Positions 46,462-55,400 of a stretch of 64,000 nt of DNA are shown here, in pieces. The notes below the pieces were generated by a model. That model saw only the letters and a list, made by a program, of their open reading frames with translations. It was not told the origin of the DNA and made no database searches. This stretch comes from a virus (Duplodnaviria; Caudoviricetes), in IMG/VR virus record IMGVR_UViG_3300021256_000084, positions 22,162-86,161 of that record. One strand, written 5' to 3'. Within the stretch, counting starts at the first letter, position 1, and each line of letters starts with the position of its first letter. The translations under genes were made by a program, and so were the position numbers.

Positions 46462-47166
46462 ATGAAAGCTAAGTATGTAACATTTACAGGCGTTGACAAC
46501 TGGACGGACTTAGACGAGTTGGAACGCATTCAAGAGAAGTACCCATACGCAGAGTTTGGCGTGCTTGCATCTTACCATTACGGCGAGAACGGGCCACGAT
46601 TCCCTGAGCCGCAAGTGTTTGAAAGGCTTAAGGGCAGGAAGCTCAACTTGTCGCTTCATCTGCGCGGCTCGCTGGCTATCAAGTGCGTGGAGAAAGATTT
46701 TGAGCCTGCTATTGCGCTGCTGGGCGACTGCTTCAACATGTTCAAGCGCGTACAGCTCAACATGCACCTCAATCAAGCAACGCCCGAACAGCTGGCAGCA
46801 TTGACACTGAAAGGCAGCTTGCAGCAGATTATCGTGCAGATGCATAAGCCCGACTTGTGCCGCAGTTTTCTTGCAGCAGGACACCACAGCCCGAACTTGT
46901 GCTACCTGCTTGACAGCAGCGGAGGCGCAGGCGTTGACACACCCATTGACATTGTTACGCAGCAGGGCGTTGAAATAGGCTATGCTGGCGGCATGGGCGT
47001 GAGCAACGTGTGGAGCAAGTTCAAAACACTGTTGCAGCATAAAAGCAATGATGTTTTTTGGATTGACATGGAAACGCGAGTGCGCACGAATGAAATCTTG
47101 GACTTGGAACTTGTCAGACAAGTGCTTGCACTGTGTGATGTCTTAATCAAGCAGTACAATGAGTAA
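46462..47166 (+). CDS. TIM-barrel protein, TrpF/PRAI-like
   Basis: VTFTG.D, RVQLN, LLDSSGG.G, GYAGG and WIDME motifs. Confidence 0.55.
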   Translation: MKAKYVTFTGVDNWTDLDELERIQEKYPYAEFGVLASYHYGENGPRFPEPQVFERLKGRKLNLSLHLRGSLAIKCVEKDFEPAIALLGDCFNMFKRVQLNMHLNQATPEQLAALTLKGSLQQIIVQMHKPDLCRSFLAAGHHSPNLCYLLDSSGGAGVDTPIDIVTQQGVEIGYAGGMGVSNVWSKFKTLLQHKSNDVFWIDMETRVRTNEILDLELVRQVLALCDVLIKQYNE

Positions 47167-47297
47167 GCACGGTAACAACTATTCCGCTATGCTGTTTGCC
47201 ATTTGGGCGCTGCTGCTCCTTTGTTGGATGCAGCAGTGCTCCAATGGCGAAAAGCTGGACGATATAAAACGAGAAATAAGATGGCACAAATAAAAAT

Positions 47298-47651
47298 ATG
47301 AGCAAGAGTAAAAGTAAAAATGCTGTACGCGAGGAAACACGCAAGCGTGTGGAACGCAAGTTTAAGGAAGAAACGGAACGTCTTCGTGCAGACAACAAAG
47401 ACCTGCGTGTTAGGCTTATCAAGGCAGAGCGTGACGCATACGAAGCACAAGAAAACGCGGAAAAGCTGCAAGAGCAGCTTCGCGTGCAAAAAGAGTGGAT
47501 AGAGCGACTTATGGACTTTGTGAATATGCCCGACGAGGAACGTCACAAAGCTATAAAGGAGTATGTGGAACATCGCAAAATGACGCAGGACTTTGAAGCG
47601 TTGTTTGCTCCTTATTTCAAAGTGCTTAATAGATTGAACTTAATATTTTAG
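47298..47651 (+). CDS. coiled-coil hypothetical protein
   Basis: 117-aa helical ORF. Confidence 0.6.
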   Translation: MSKSKSKNAVREETRKRVERKFKEETERLRADNKDLRVRLIKAERDAYEAQENAEKLQEQLRVQKEWIERLMDFVNMPDEERHKAIKEYVEHRKMTQDFEALFAPYFKVLNRLNLIF

Positions 47652-47653
47652 GA

Positions 47654-48133
47654 ATGACAATAGCAATAACTTACATCACATTGGGCGTGCTGTACACGAT
47701 TGCCTGCGTAATGGACGGGCAGGACGTGAAGCCCCTTTGGAAGCGTTGGCTGGGCAAGAAGCTTGCAACAGTTGCCAACTACTACTACCCGATAAACTAC
47801 TGCAATATGCAAAATTGCAGCTTCTATCACATTGCTACACGACCTCGAAGCCGCATGGATAGTGGAGCTGTGGAAATGACAGCCAGTCGTGGTTTGTATG
47901 ATACTATCAAACTGTCCGAAGGTATATGTATAACAGAGGGTGATGAGCTTGACGCAAGTCGTCGCTACGGAGATAAGACAAGGAATATTCTTGCTTATGA
48001 AGCACGCAGACACATTACCAACAGCATAATGAAAGCCGTAGAGCAAAGTAACCTCGTCCGTTTCAATGTGCATCACGACGAGTACAGCATGAGGACTTAT
48101 GTACAAGGTGAAATTGAAGTAGTAGTAAAATAA
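47654..48133 (+). CDS. hypothetical protein with an N-terminal TM helix
   Basis: Hydrophobic N-terminus. Confidence 0.55.
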   Translation: MTIAITYITLGVLYTIACVMDGQDVKPLWKRWLGKKLATVANYYYPINYCNMQNCSFYHIATRPRSRMDSGAVEMTASRGLYDTIKLSEGICITEGDELDASRRYGDKTRNILAYEARRHITNSIMKAVEQSNLVRFNVHHDEYSMRTYVQGEIEVVVK

Positions 48134-48145
48134 AACAAAGCAGAT

Positions 48146-48571
48146 ATGGAACAAACAGAAACAAAGAAATGCGTCCACTGCGGGCAGGAAAAGCCCGTAA
48201 CTGAGTTTTACAAGGACAGCCACACGCGTGACGGCCTGCAAAGCTGGTGCAAGCAGTGCAGCAACAGCAGGAACAAAAAAACTGTTGAAAAGAAAGAAAA
48301 GGAACTGCTGGAAGCAGCACAGGAGCACTTGGAGCGTATGCAGCAGCAAGAAACCGAAGCGAGGAAGCCCCTCACGGCACAGCAGATGTCTTTGGGCGTG
48401 ATTGATTGGGAACAGCGCACGTTTGATACAGCTGCGCTGATCTTCGCGCAGATGTGCGCCGTAGTCAACCCAACAGAGCAGACGAGCAAGCTGTGCGTCG
48501 AGTACGCTTCGCAGTTTGTCAGCGACTACCGGGAACAATTAACGGAGGGAAATAACAATGAGACAGCCTAA
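48146..48571 (+). CDS. zinc-finger hypothetical protein
   Basis: KKCVHC..EF.KD..DGLQSWCKQC motif. Confidence 0.65.
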   Translation: MEQTETKKCVHCGQEKPVTEFYKDSHTRDGLQSWCKQCSNSRNKKTVEKKEKELLEAAQEHLERMQQQETEARKPLTAQQMSLGVIDWEQRTFDTAALIFAQMCAVVNPTEQTSKLCVEYASQFVSDYREQLTEGNNNETA

Positions 48572-48779
48572 GTACAGCAAAGGGCAGCGTGTGCGCATCG
48601 TTGTCAACAACGTGCAGCCCGAATATGTGGGCAGCATTGGGCGCGTGTCACAAGTACGCTATCTGGACGTAGAGGAACCCGTGTACAAAGTGCGCGTCAA
48701 AGGCGTAACACTGCGCCTTTGGGCTACGGAGGACTGTTTGGAAGCAGCAGACAGCAATGAAAAGGGAACTACCGCGTGA
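48558..48779 (+). CDS. small SH3-like hypothetical protein
   Basis: KYSKGQRVRI...EDCLE pattern. Confidence 0.55.
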   Translation: MRQPKYSKGQRVRIVVNNVQPEYVGSIGRVSQVRYLDVEEPVYKVRVKGVTLRLWATEDCLEAADSNEKGTTA

Positions 48780-48975
48780 GCACTGGAACAAGGAGCGAGG
48801 GCGCAGACGTAAGGCAAAGCACGGCTTTGACACTATACGCGACGCTTTCGCGTACTTGCAAAAGAACGGCTTGCAGGACACGTACAGAGCCTATAAATGC
48901 AGCGTGTGCGGCAAGTACCACATAGGACACAGAAAGAAACCTATCAAAAAAAAAGTAGTATATGAAGAAATCTAA
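48757..48975 (+). CDS. small zinc-ribbon protein
   Basis: AYKCSVCGKYHIG motif. Confidence 0.6.
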   Translation: MKRELPREHWNKERGRRRKAKHGFDTIRDAFAYLQKNGLQDTYRAYKCSVCGKYHIGHRKKPIKKKVVYEEI

Positions 48976-49186
48976 TCTAAAGCGAGCTGTTGAACTGGAA
49001 GCACAGCTCATGTCAATGGAATCGGCAGAAAAGGTACTGCGTAAAGACCGGGACTGCCAAGTAGTGTTACATGACAGCAAGGGCACACTGTCTGATGTCG
49101 TGCTGCCGCACAGCTTCGTTTATGACCTGCTGGGCAAGGTCAGAGCGTCAATCAATGTCATCAACAACGAAATAGAAACCCTGTAG
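48962..49186 (+). CDS. hypothetical protein
   Basis: 74-aa ORF with overlapping start. Confidence 0.55.
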   Translation: MKKSNLKRAVELEAQLMSMESAEKVLRKDRDCQVVLHDSKGTLSDVVLPHSFVYDLLGKVRASINVINNEIETL

Positions 49187-49189
49187 CGT

Positions 49190-49789
49190 ATGAAAGCGAT
49201 AGGCATAAATTACAGCTTGGAGCAGGACAGTGACAACGTCAACGTTTGGCTCGTCAAAGACGACAAGAACGTTGAGCTGCTGTATAGCGAGGACTGCTGT
49301 AAGCTGCGAGCAAACTTTGCTGATTACTACCAGCAGGCAGGATTGACGCTGGAGCAGTTTTTAACGGATGCAGTCATGTACGGACAGCTTGCCGTTATGA
49401 TGCAAGACTGCTTCATGCTTCAATGCCAGTGCCCGTTTGACGAACAAGAAGCACTGCACCTGAAGCACTATGGCGTGCAGCCGTTTTCGGGCATTGACTT
49501 CTGCGCAGACAGAGAGCTTTCGGACAGTGAAAAGTTCATCTGTGCGCTGATAACGTGCGATAATTCCGACTATGGGCTTACGAGCAAAACGCTCAACAAG
49601 CTTTTCGGTTGGACTACCTACAAAGCTCGCAAAGTAGCTCGCAGCGTGCAGCATAAAGTCGTCGTATCACTTGTAAGCGATAGCAGCGAAGGGTATTTCG
49701 GCAAAGGCTGGATGCTGACAGGCGCAATGCGCAGATTTGTCGGCAGCTACAAGCGCAAGGTAAGCGAAAGCAGAAAAAGCGGCGTGTAG
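49190..49789 (+). CDS. hypothetical protein
   Basis: 199-aa ORF. Confidence 0.6.
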   Translation: MKAIGINYSLEQDSDNVNVWLVKDDKNVELLYSEDCCKLRANFADYYQQAGLTLEQFLTDAVMYGQLAVMMQDCFMLQCQCPFDEQEALHLKHYGVQPFSGIDFCADRELSDSEKFICALITCDNSDYGLTSKTLNKLFGWTTYKARKVARSVQHKVVVSLVSDSSEGYFGKGWMLTGAMRRFVGSYKRKVSESRKSGV

Positions 49790-49894
49790 CGGGTTAAAAG
49801 CAGCGCGGGCGATAAGTTGTAGGCTCGCGCTGCAAAACGCCCGCAAAACGAACAAAACCAAGCAAATTTCAAATTTTACATAACATTACACAGT

Positions 49895-50302
49895 ATGACA
49901 CAAAAAGAATTACTAAAGTCGGACGAGTTCCGCAAGCAGTTGGAAAGCAACATTGCACAGTTTGAAAACCGTCCTGCACTGCCAGCAGGGCAGAAGTACA
50001 AGCGCACACCCTACGACGAGCTTAAGGACAAAGGGCTGCTGACGTTCCGCGAGCTTCGCAAGGAGTACGTGCGCATCATGGCAAAGGACAGCACGCTTTC
50101 CAGCAGCCAGCGCAAAGCTGTCAATGACATCGTAAACGGTGCGCTGTTTGCTGCATACAGCGAAATAGTAAAACGCGAAAGGCAGACGGAAGCCCAGAAG
50201 CAGGCAGAGCAGAAGCACGACGCACAGCAGCTTGCAGCGGGCATTGCTCCGCACACCAACGCTGTTGTTCCTAAGCGGAAGCGAAAGAAAAAGGAAGCGT
50301 AA
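49895..50302 (+). CDS. hypothetical protein
   Basis: 135-aa ORF after an A-rich leader. Confidence 0.65.
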   Translation: MTQKELLKSDEFRKQLESNIAQFENRPALPAGQKYKRTPYDELKDKGLLTFRELRKEYVRIMAKDSTLSSSQRKAVNDIVNGALFAAYSEIVKRERQTEAQKQAEQKHDAQQLAAGIAPHTNAVVPKRKRKKKEA

Positions 50303-50384
50303 AAATAAGCACGCGAAAACATGCTTATTTTATTTTTGATACATAACTGACTGTGACAAAATATGTTACAGCGTAAAAATAAGG

Positions 50385-50432
50385 AGCGGACAGTGCAAAT
50401 GGCAACACTGTCCGCTTTATTTTGTTCTTTTT
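50385..50432. terminator. bidirectional intrinsic terminator between the early and late blocks
   Basis: 11-bp stem AGCGGACAGTG/CACTGTCCGCT with A- and T-rich flanks. Confidence 0.85.
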
Positions 50433-50455
50433 TATGGCAAAAATCCTCGTTTATG

Positions 50456-50980
50456 TTACAGTAGCTTGCGACGTTGCAGCCACCAGCGAGCTAAGACAAT
50501 ACACGCAAGCAAAGCAAGTGCTACAAGCACAGCGTTTGCGAAGTAAAGGCGCATCTGCTGCCACTGCGTCAGCGGCTTGGCAACCTGCACCGTCTTAGTC
50601 ACCCTTACGGTGTCGCGTTGAGAGATATAGGCAGTGTCACGCACAACCTTGTCCTTCCAGCGGACGTGCCAGCGGTCTGTGACGATACGCACAGTGTCGT
50701 TTGCCGTCCACTCATGCACATAGATACTGTCCTTGACAAAAACGCTGTCACGCTGCATCTTCTGAATGAAGCATGTGTCAGTCCTTGTCACGACTTTCTC
50801 AATGACCTTTGGCGAGCAGCTGCCAAACAGCGCACAGAAGCACAGCAGCACGAAGAATGCAGCAGCGTACACTATTGCTCCAATACAGCCGTAGCGCATA
50901 GCATCCTCGGGCTTCATACTCTTGTCCTGCTTGTACAGCTCATGCAGCCAGTAGTCGTTAGGGTTTGTATAGTTCATCAT
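50456..50980 (-). CDS. spanin-like lipoprotein (lipobox plus C-terminal TM helix)
   Basis: LFGS-C lipobox, beta-rich RDSV/RDT repeats, C-terminal hydrophobic helix; last gene of the lysis cassette. Confidence 0.6.
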   Translation of the reverse strand: MMNYTNPNDYWLHELYKQDKSMKPEDAMRYGCIGAIVYAAAFFVLLCFCALFGSCSPKVIEKVVTRTDTCFIQKMQRDSVFVKDSIYVHEWTANDTVRIVTDRWHVRWKDKVVRDTAYISQRDTVRVTKTVQVAKPLTQWQQMRLYFANAVLVALALLACIVLARWWLQRRKLL

Positions 50981-50994
50981 ATTAAGCGTGTTGT

Positions 50995-51642
50995 TTAGAT
51001 GTGCGAATACTGCCGTGTAGCGTCAAACGATGGGCATGCCTTGTTTGCAAAGTCGCGGTGTCCGCGTATCTTTGCCGTCGGGTACAGCGTGCGCAACTGC
51101 TTAAGGAGCTTGAGCAGCGCGTCCTTTTGTGCAGGCGTGCGCGTGTCCTTTGGCGAAAGCCCGTCAGCCTTGCAGCCGCCAATATAGCAAACGCCAATGC
51201 TGTGCGTGTTGTGACCTACGCAGTGTGCGCCGGACACGTTGATGTCACGTCCGTTATGCACGCTGCCGTCGCGGTATATGACGTAATGGTAGCCAATGGT
51301 AGTAAAGCCGCGCTGCTTATGCCAGCGCGTGATGTCGGCAACAGTGAAGTCCTTGCCCTCGGCGGTCGCGCTGCAATGCACGATAATCTCGTTGATAGTA
51401 CGCTTGCTTTTCAGCAGCGTGCTTCCGCTGGCTATCATTGCAGCCCATGTCTTATCGCCTACTATGCCGTCAGCTGTCAGCCCGTGCTCGCGCTGGAAAT
51501 CCATAACGGCTTCCTCGGTCAACGCCCCAAAGATACCGTCCGGCTGCAAGTGAAGCAGCTGTTGCAGCGTTACGACGTCCTTTCCTCTATGTCCTTTCTT
51601 TAGCAGCATATCTTTTTCTTTAATATCCGTTCTGTGGCTCAC
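50995..51642 (-). CDS. endolysin: peptidoglycan-binding domain plus T7-type amidase
   Basis: DGIFG/DGIVG PG-binding repeats; IIVHCSA, IGYHY, GAHC and GHRDF.NKACP zinc motifs. Confidence 0.92.
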   Translation of the reverse strand: MSHRTDIKEKDMLLKKGHRGKDVVTLQQLLHLQPDGIFGALTEEAVMDFQREHGLTADGIVGDKTWAAMIASGSTLLKSKRTINEIIVHCSATAEGKDFTVADITRWHKQRGFTTIGYHYVIYRDGSVHNGRDINVSGAHCVGHNTHSIGVCYIGGCKADGLSPKDTRTPAQKDALLKLLKQLRTLYPTAKIRGHRDFANKACPSFDATRQYSHI

Positions 51643-51982
51643 GCTTCAAACACTTTGGCACAACGCAGCGGTACTTTTGCAGTTCCAGCTCCAGTGCAGC
51701 CTTTTCAAGCATCAGCTTATGCTCGCGGTCTTGCGTCTCACGCAGCCTGGTTGTCTGCTCCACAAAGCGTTTTTCCTTTGCTGCATCCTGCTCAACCATG
51801 TTGTGCAGCTGCTCTTGCAGAAATTGCACAGTGTCGCGCAATACGCCAAACTCCGCGCTGTCTGCTTCTGCTTCTTCCTTGCGCTTGTTCGTCTTGCGGT
51901 TTAGAAAATACTTAACCGCTTCCCAACCGCCCAAGGCAGTCACTACGGTTGCCAATGTTCCTAAAATCAGTTCCCAGCTCAT
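51620..51982 (-). CDS. holin-like membrane protein
   Basis: One N-terminal TM helix plus coiled coil, upstream of the endolysin. Confidence 0.5.
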   Translation of the reverse strand: MSWELILGTLATVVTALGGWEAVKYFLNRKTNKRKEEAEADSAEFGVLRDTVQFLQEQLHNMVEQDAAKEKRFVEQTTRLRETQDREHKLMLEKAALELELQKYRCVVPKCLKREPQNGY

Positions 51983-52016
51983 AGCCTACTCTTTTGTCGT
52001 TTCTTTGTTTCTACTG

Positions 52017-52057
52017 CAAAGATAAGCAGTATGCGCCAATAATAGCGCATACTGTTT
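52017..52057 (-). promoter_or_regulatory. terminator hairpin followed by the lysis-cassette promoter
   Basis: 10-bp stem CAGTATGCGC/GCGCATACTG (52027-52054), then TATCTTTG (-) at 52017-52024. Confidence 0.65.
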
Positions 52058-52087
52058 ATTCAACGGCAAAATGCGTGTAAACACGGG

Positions 52088-52474
52088 CTACTCCAAGATA
52101 ACAAGGCTATCGTCAGCATCCAGCTTTATGTGCGCAAACTGCATCTGCGGAAGCGAGATAATGCCTTGTATCTCTATGCCCGTCTGCGCCTTTATGCTGT
52201 CAATAATGCTGCTGATGTCGGCAAGCAGGAACTGCGTGAGCACGCGGTCTTGCAAGTACGCAAACGTGTTGCAGTAGTACGCCGTAAACTCACCGCCAGC
52301 TCCTACGAGCTTGCTGCCAAAAGGCTTGCCCTTGACAAGCCCGTACTTCTTGCGAATGTCACGTGACAGCAGCCCGACGGTTGCGCCCGTGTCAAGCAGC
52401 AGGTTGGCAGGCTTGCCGTTAAGCGTAGCCTGCACAATAAGCCGCTTTTCTGATAGTGATTTTATTTCCTTCAT
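52088..52474 (-). CDS. retropepsin-like aspartyl protease
   Basis: LLLDTGAT catalytic motif; IQGII C-terminal motif. Confidence 0.85.
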   Translation of the reverse strand: MKEIKSLSEKRLIVQATLNGKPANLLLDTGATVGLLSRDIRKKYGLVKGKPFGSKLVGAGGEFTAYYCNTFAYLQDRVLTQFLLADISSIIDSIKAQTGIEIQGIISLPQMQFAHIKLDADDSLVILE

Positions 52475-52477
52475 ATC

Positions 52478-55400
52478 TTATGGTAGCATGTACTTGATTT
52501 CAAACCAAAAACCATAATCATCGTTTGGCGACATATCATCACCTACAACAAACTGCACATACGTAGATGTTATCTGCTGTATGGTGACCGTCGTATTGTG
52601 GTTGCTGCTGTCGTAGTAGCCGTTAGCAGATGCGATGATCCCGCTTGAAACAAGACCAAGGTTAGTCCAGTCGGACGGGAATAGGACACGGTGTATGCCC
52701 TCCCCTATCCTTCTAACAGTGGGTGTGCCGCTGCTTCCGCGTACACCGTTTGCAAAGGTTGCAAGTGTGTCGGTGTACGTGCTGCCGTTATGCGAGCAGG
52801 TAATGCGGCCAAATCCCAGCGTGACAATAGGACGTAGCAAGCTTCCTGCATGTACGACACTTAGCCCGTCCGCTGACAGCTCAAATCCGTTTTGCTTTGA
52901 GTTTGTTCCGCTCCCGCTTAACGTTACGGCCTTGACGAGCATACGCCCGTTTGTGTTCATGGCTGCAAAGAAGTTGTTGAGCGACGAGCCATAGGCGACA
53001 CCGTTTGCGAACAGACGGGAGAGATAGATGTCACTGACATACGGAACGCTCGTAATATTCCAGCTTGCAGACACGCTACGCACAGCAACGCAGTTACGGA
53101 AGACGCAGCCATAGTATTCTATTATGACTGAGTGATAGCCAGCAGGCACGTCAACGCTCGTACCATTCATCGTTATGCTTTTTGAGCCATATCCAGATTG
53201 GCTGTCAAGAGAGCTTACAACAGCAACGAGCTTGTTTGTCTTAGTAATTGTACGTGCGCTGTCCGAATACGTTCTTAGATACAAACATATTCTTGCATAG
53301 TTATCTACTCCAGGCTGCATTTTGTCAGATGAGCCGTTGTGCGTGTATTGCGAACCGACAGCCGTAAGAGTGCCGTTGACAGACACGCGGCAAGCATTGT
53401 TGGTGTCGAATGTGCCAAGGGTACGCGTGCCGCTCATTGTGTTGTCAATGACTACCGAACCGCCGTTGCTTGCAGACGACGAACCCTGCTTGTTACTGTT
53501 GAGCGAAACACTGCCCGAAGTATCGCCAAACAACGCAGATAGGCTGCTAATCGTCTGTCCGTTGATGTTCGTTACAGGTGTGCCGCTTTCGTTGTAGATA
53601 CGTATCTCCCTCGCGCAAGGGTCAAGCTCAATATGCTGTCCGCAGTCCGTGTCACTCGTGTACTCGCCAAGCACCTGCCGCCCATCCTCCAGCACTTGCC
53701 ACGTGTAGCCCTCGTCGTGGAACATCTGGATAATGCCGAGCACGCCGTTGAGGATAAGCTTCTCGTTGGCAGACTTGAATACGCTGTTGCTGGCAAGGAA
53801 GCCGCCAATGTTACAGTTCGTGCCAATAAACGTGTTCGTCAGCAGCGTGCTTATGTTGCTGCCCTGCTCCCAATAAGTGTTACCGCCAGCAGACGGAGCA
53901 TAGCCGTTTGGCACGGTCATACCTTTTTGGCGCACAAAGAAGCGTTTCCACTCACCACTTACTTCATAAGCCACGTAGTCTCGACGTGAATCGTTCCATT
54001 CGTAGGGCGTTTCGGGAGCTTCCACAAACACGCCGCAGTCATTCGGGAAACCCGTTTGGTCTGCTGCCATGTCCGCTGCATCGTTGTCGTTGGTGCAGTA
54101 GGCCGTAGCCTGCGTGCCCTGCTCCAGCTTGGGCATACATACCCACACATCGTTTGAAGCTTGGTGCATGCGGAACAGCACACGTTGTATTGCGGAAAGA
54201 ACTGTACTTGACAAGCTGTTTGTCTTGAACGTCAGCGTGTGGCGCGTCCATACTTCCGTAAGCAGCCATTCGGCATTATTGTCCGTAGGCGAGCTGCCTG
54301 CTATAAGCTGTCCGTCCTTGATACGCCCAGCCGTAGTGTCTATGCAGGTGTACGTTGACTGCGTGCCCGTCGTAGGATATAGGTACGTCACAAGCCGCAT
54401 ACCTCTGTTGATGCGATACCAGTTTATCGTAACCGTTTGGTCGGACGATGCGCCACTGCTGTAAGCGTAGGAAGTTATCTTGTACAAGCCCGTTGACGGT
54501 GGCGTAAACTTCACGCTCTTTGATGTGGAGCTTGTTGCTGTAATGGCAACGCTCGTCGACCAGCCCCAATCTTCCAAATACACGAACACGCGAAGCTCCT
54601 TGCCCGCGTTGCGTGCAGCAGTCGAGCAATAGCCGTTGATAGTTAGCTCACACTCTACGCCAGCCTGCAAGTAGCATGTTTCTGTAGCGAAGCCGTATTG
54701 GTTGCTTGTTACATACTTGTTTAGCTGCACATACGGAGCTGCCTTTGCCCAGAAAGAAAGTGTGTACCATGTATTGGCAAGCAGCGGCTTGTCGCCGTTT
54801 GGAACGGAAACGTCCTGCCCGAGCAGTTCTTTGTAGTCTTGCGTGAGGTCGGGCACGCCTTTGTATGCGCTACGCCCGTCCATTCCGTTCGTCGTAGCAC
54901 CGTTCTTGACTACCCACTTATCCATGCGTGACGAAACGAAAGCCGTCTGCTGCAAGATATTGGCACGTGTCTGTACAATGCTGCTTATTCCCTCGCCCGA
55001 CACCTTGAAAGGAGTGCTCCATGCAGTAATAGCGCCTGCGCTGTTGTACGTCTTTGCGTTTGACTGCCAAGTGTACATCTTGCCGATGATAAACTTGGCG
55101 TAAAGGTCGCTGCTGCTGTTTGTGTAGCCACGCACGTACACAATGCTGATGAAATGCGTGCCAGCTGTAGGCACGGTTATCTCAATGTCCTGCGTGTCCT
55201 GATTGCTGCCGCTGATGCTGCGCAGGTAGTTTGACTTGGGGGCAACAGCGTCCAAGTTGCCAATGTACAGACGCGCATAGCTGCTTGTGCTGCACTTTGC
55301 ACGCAGATAGACGCGCTGGTTGGCAGCAGTCGTCACAAACATGCAGATTTCCGTCGTTTCCTGCGACGCGCCGATAGCGGGTGCATACCAATAATCATCA

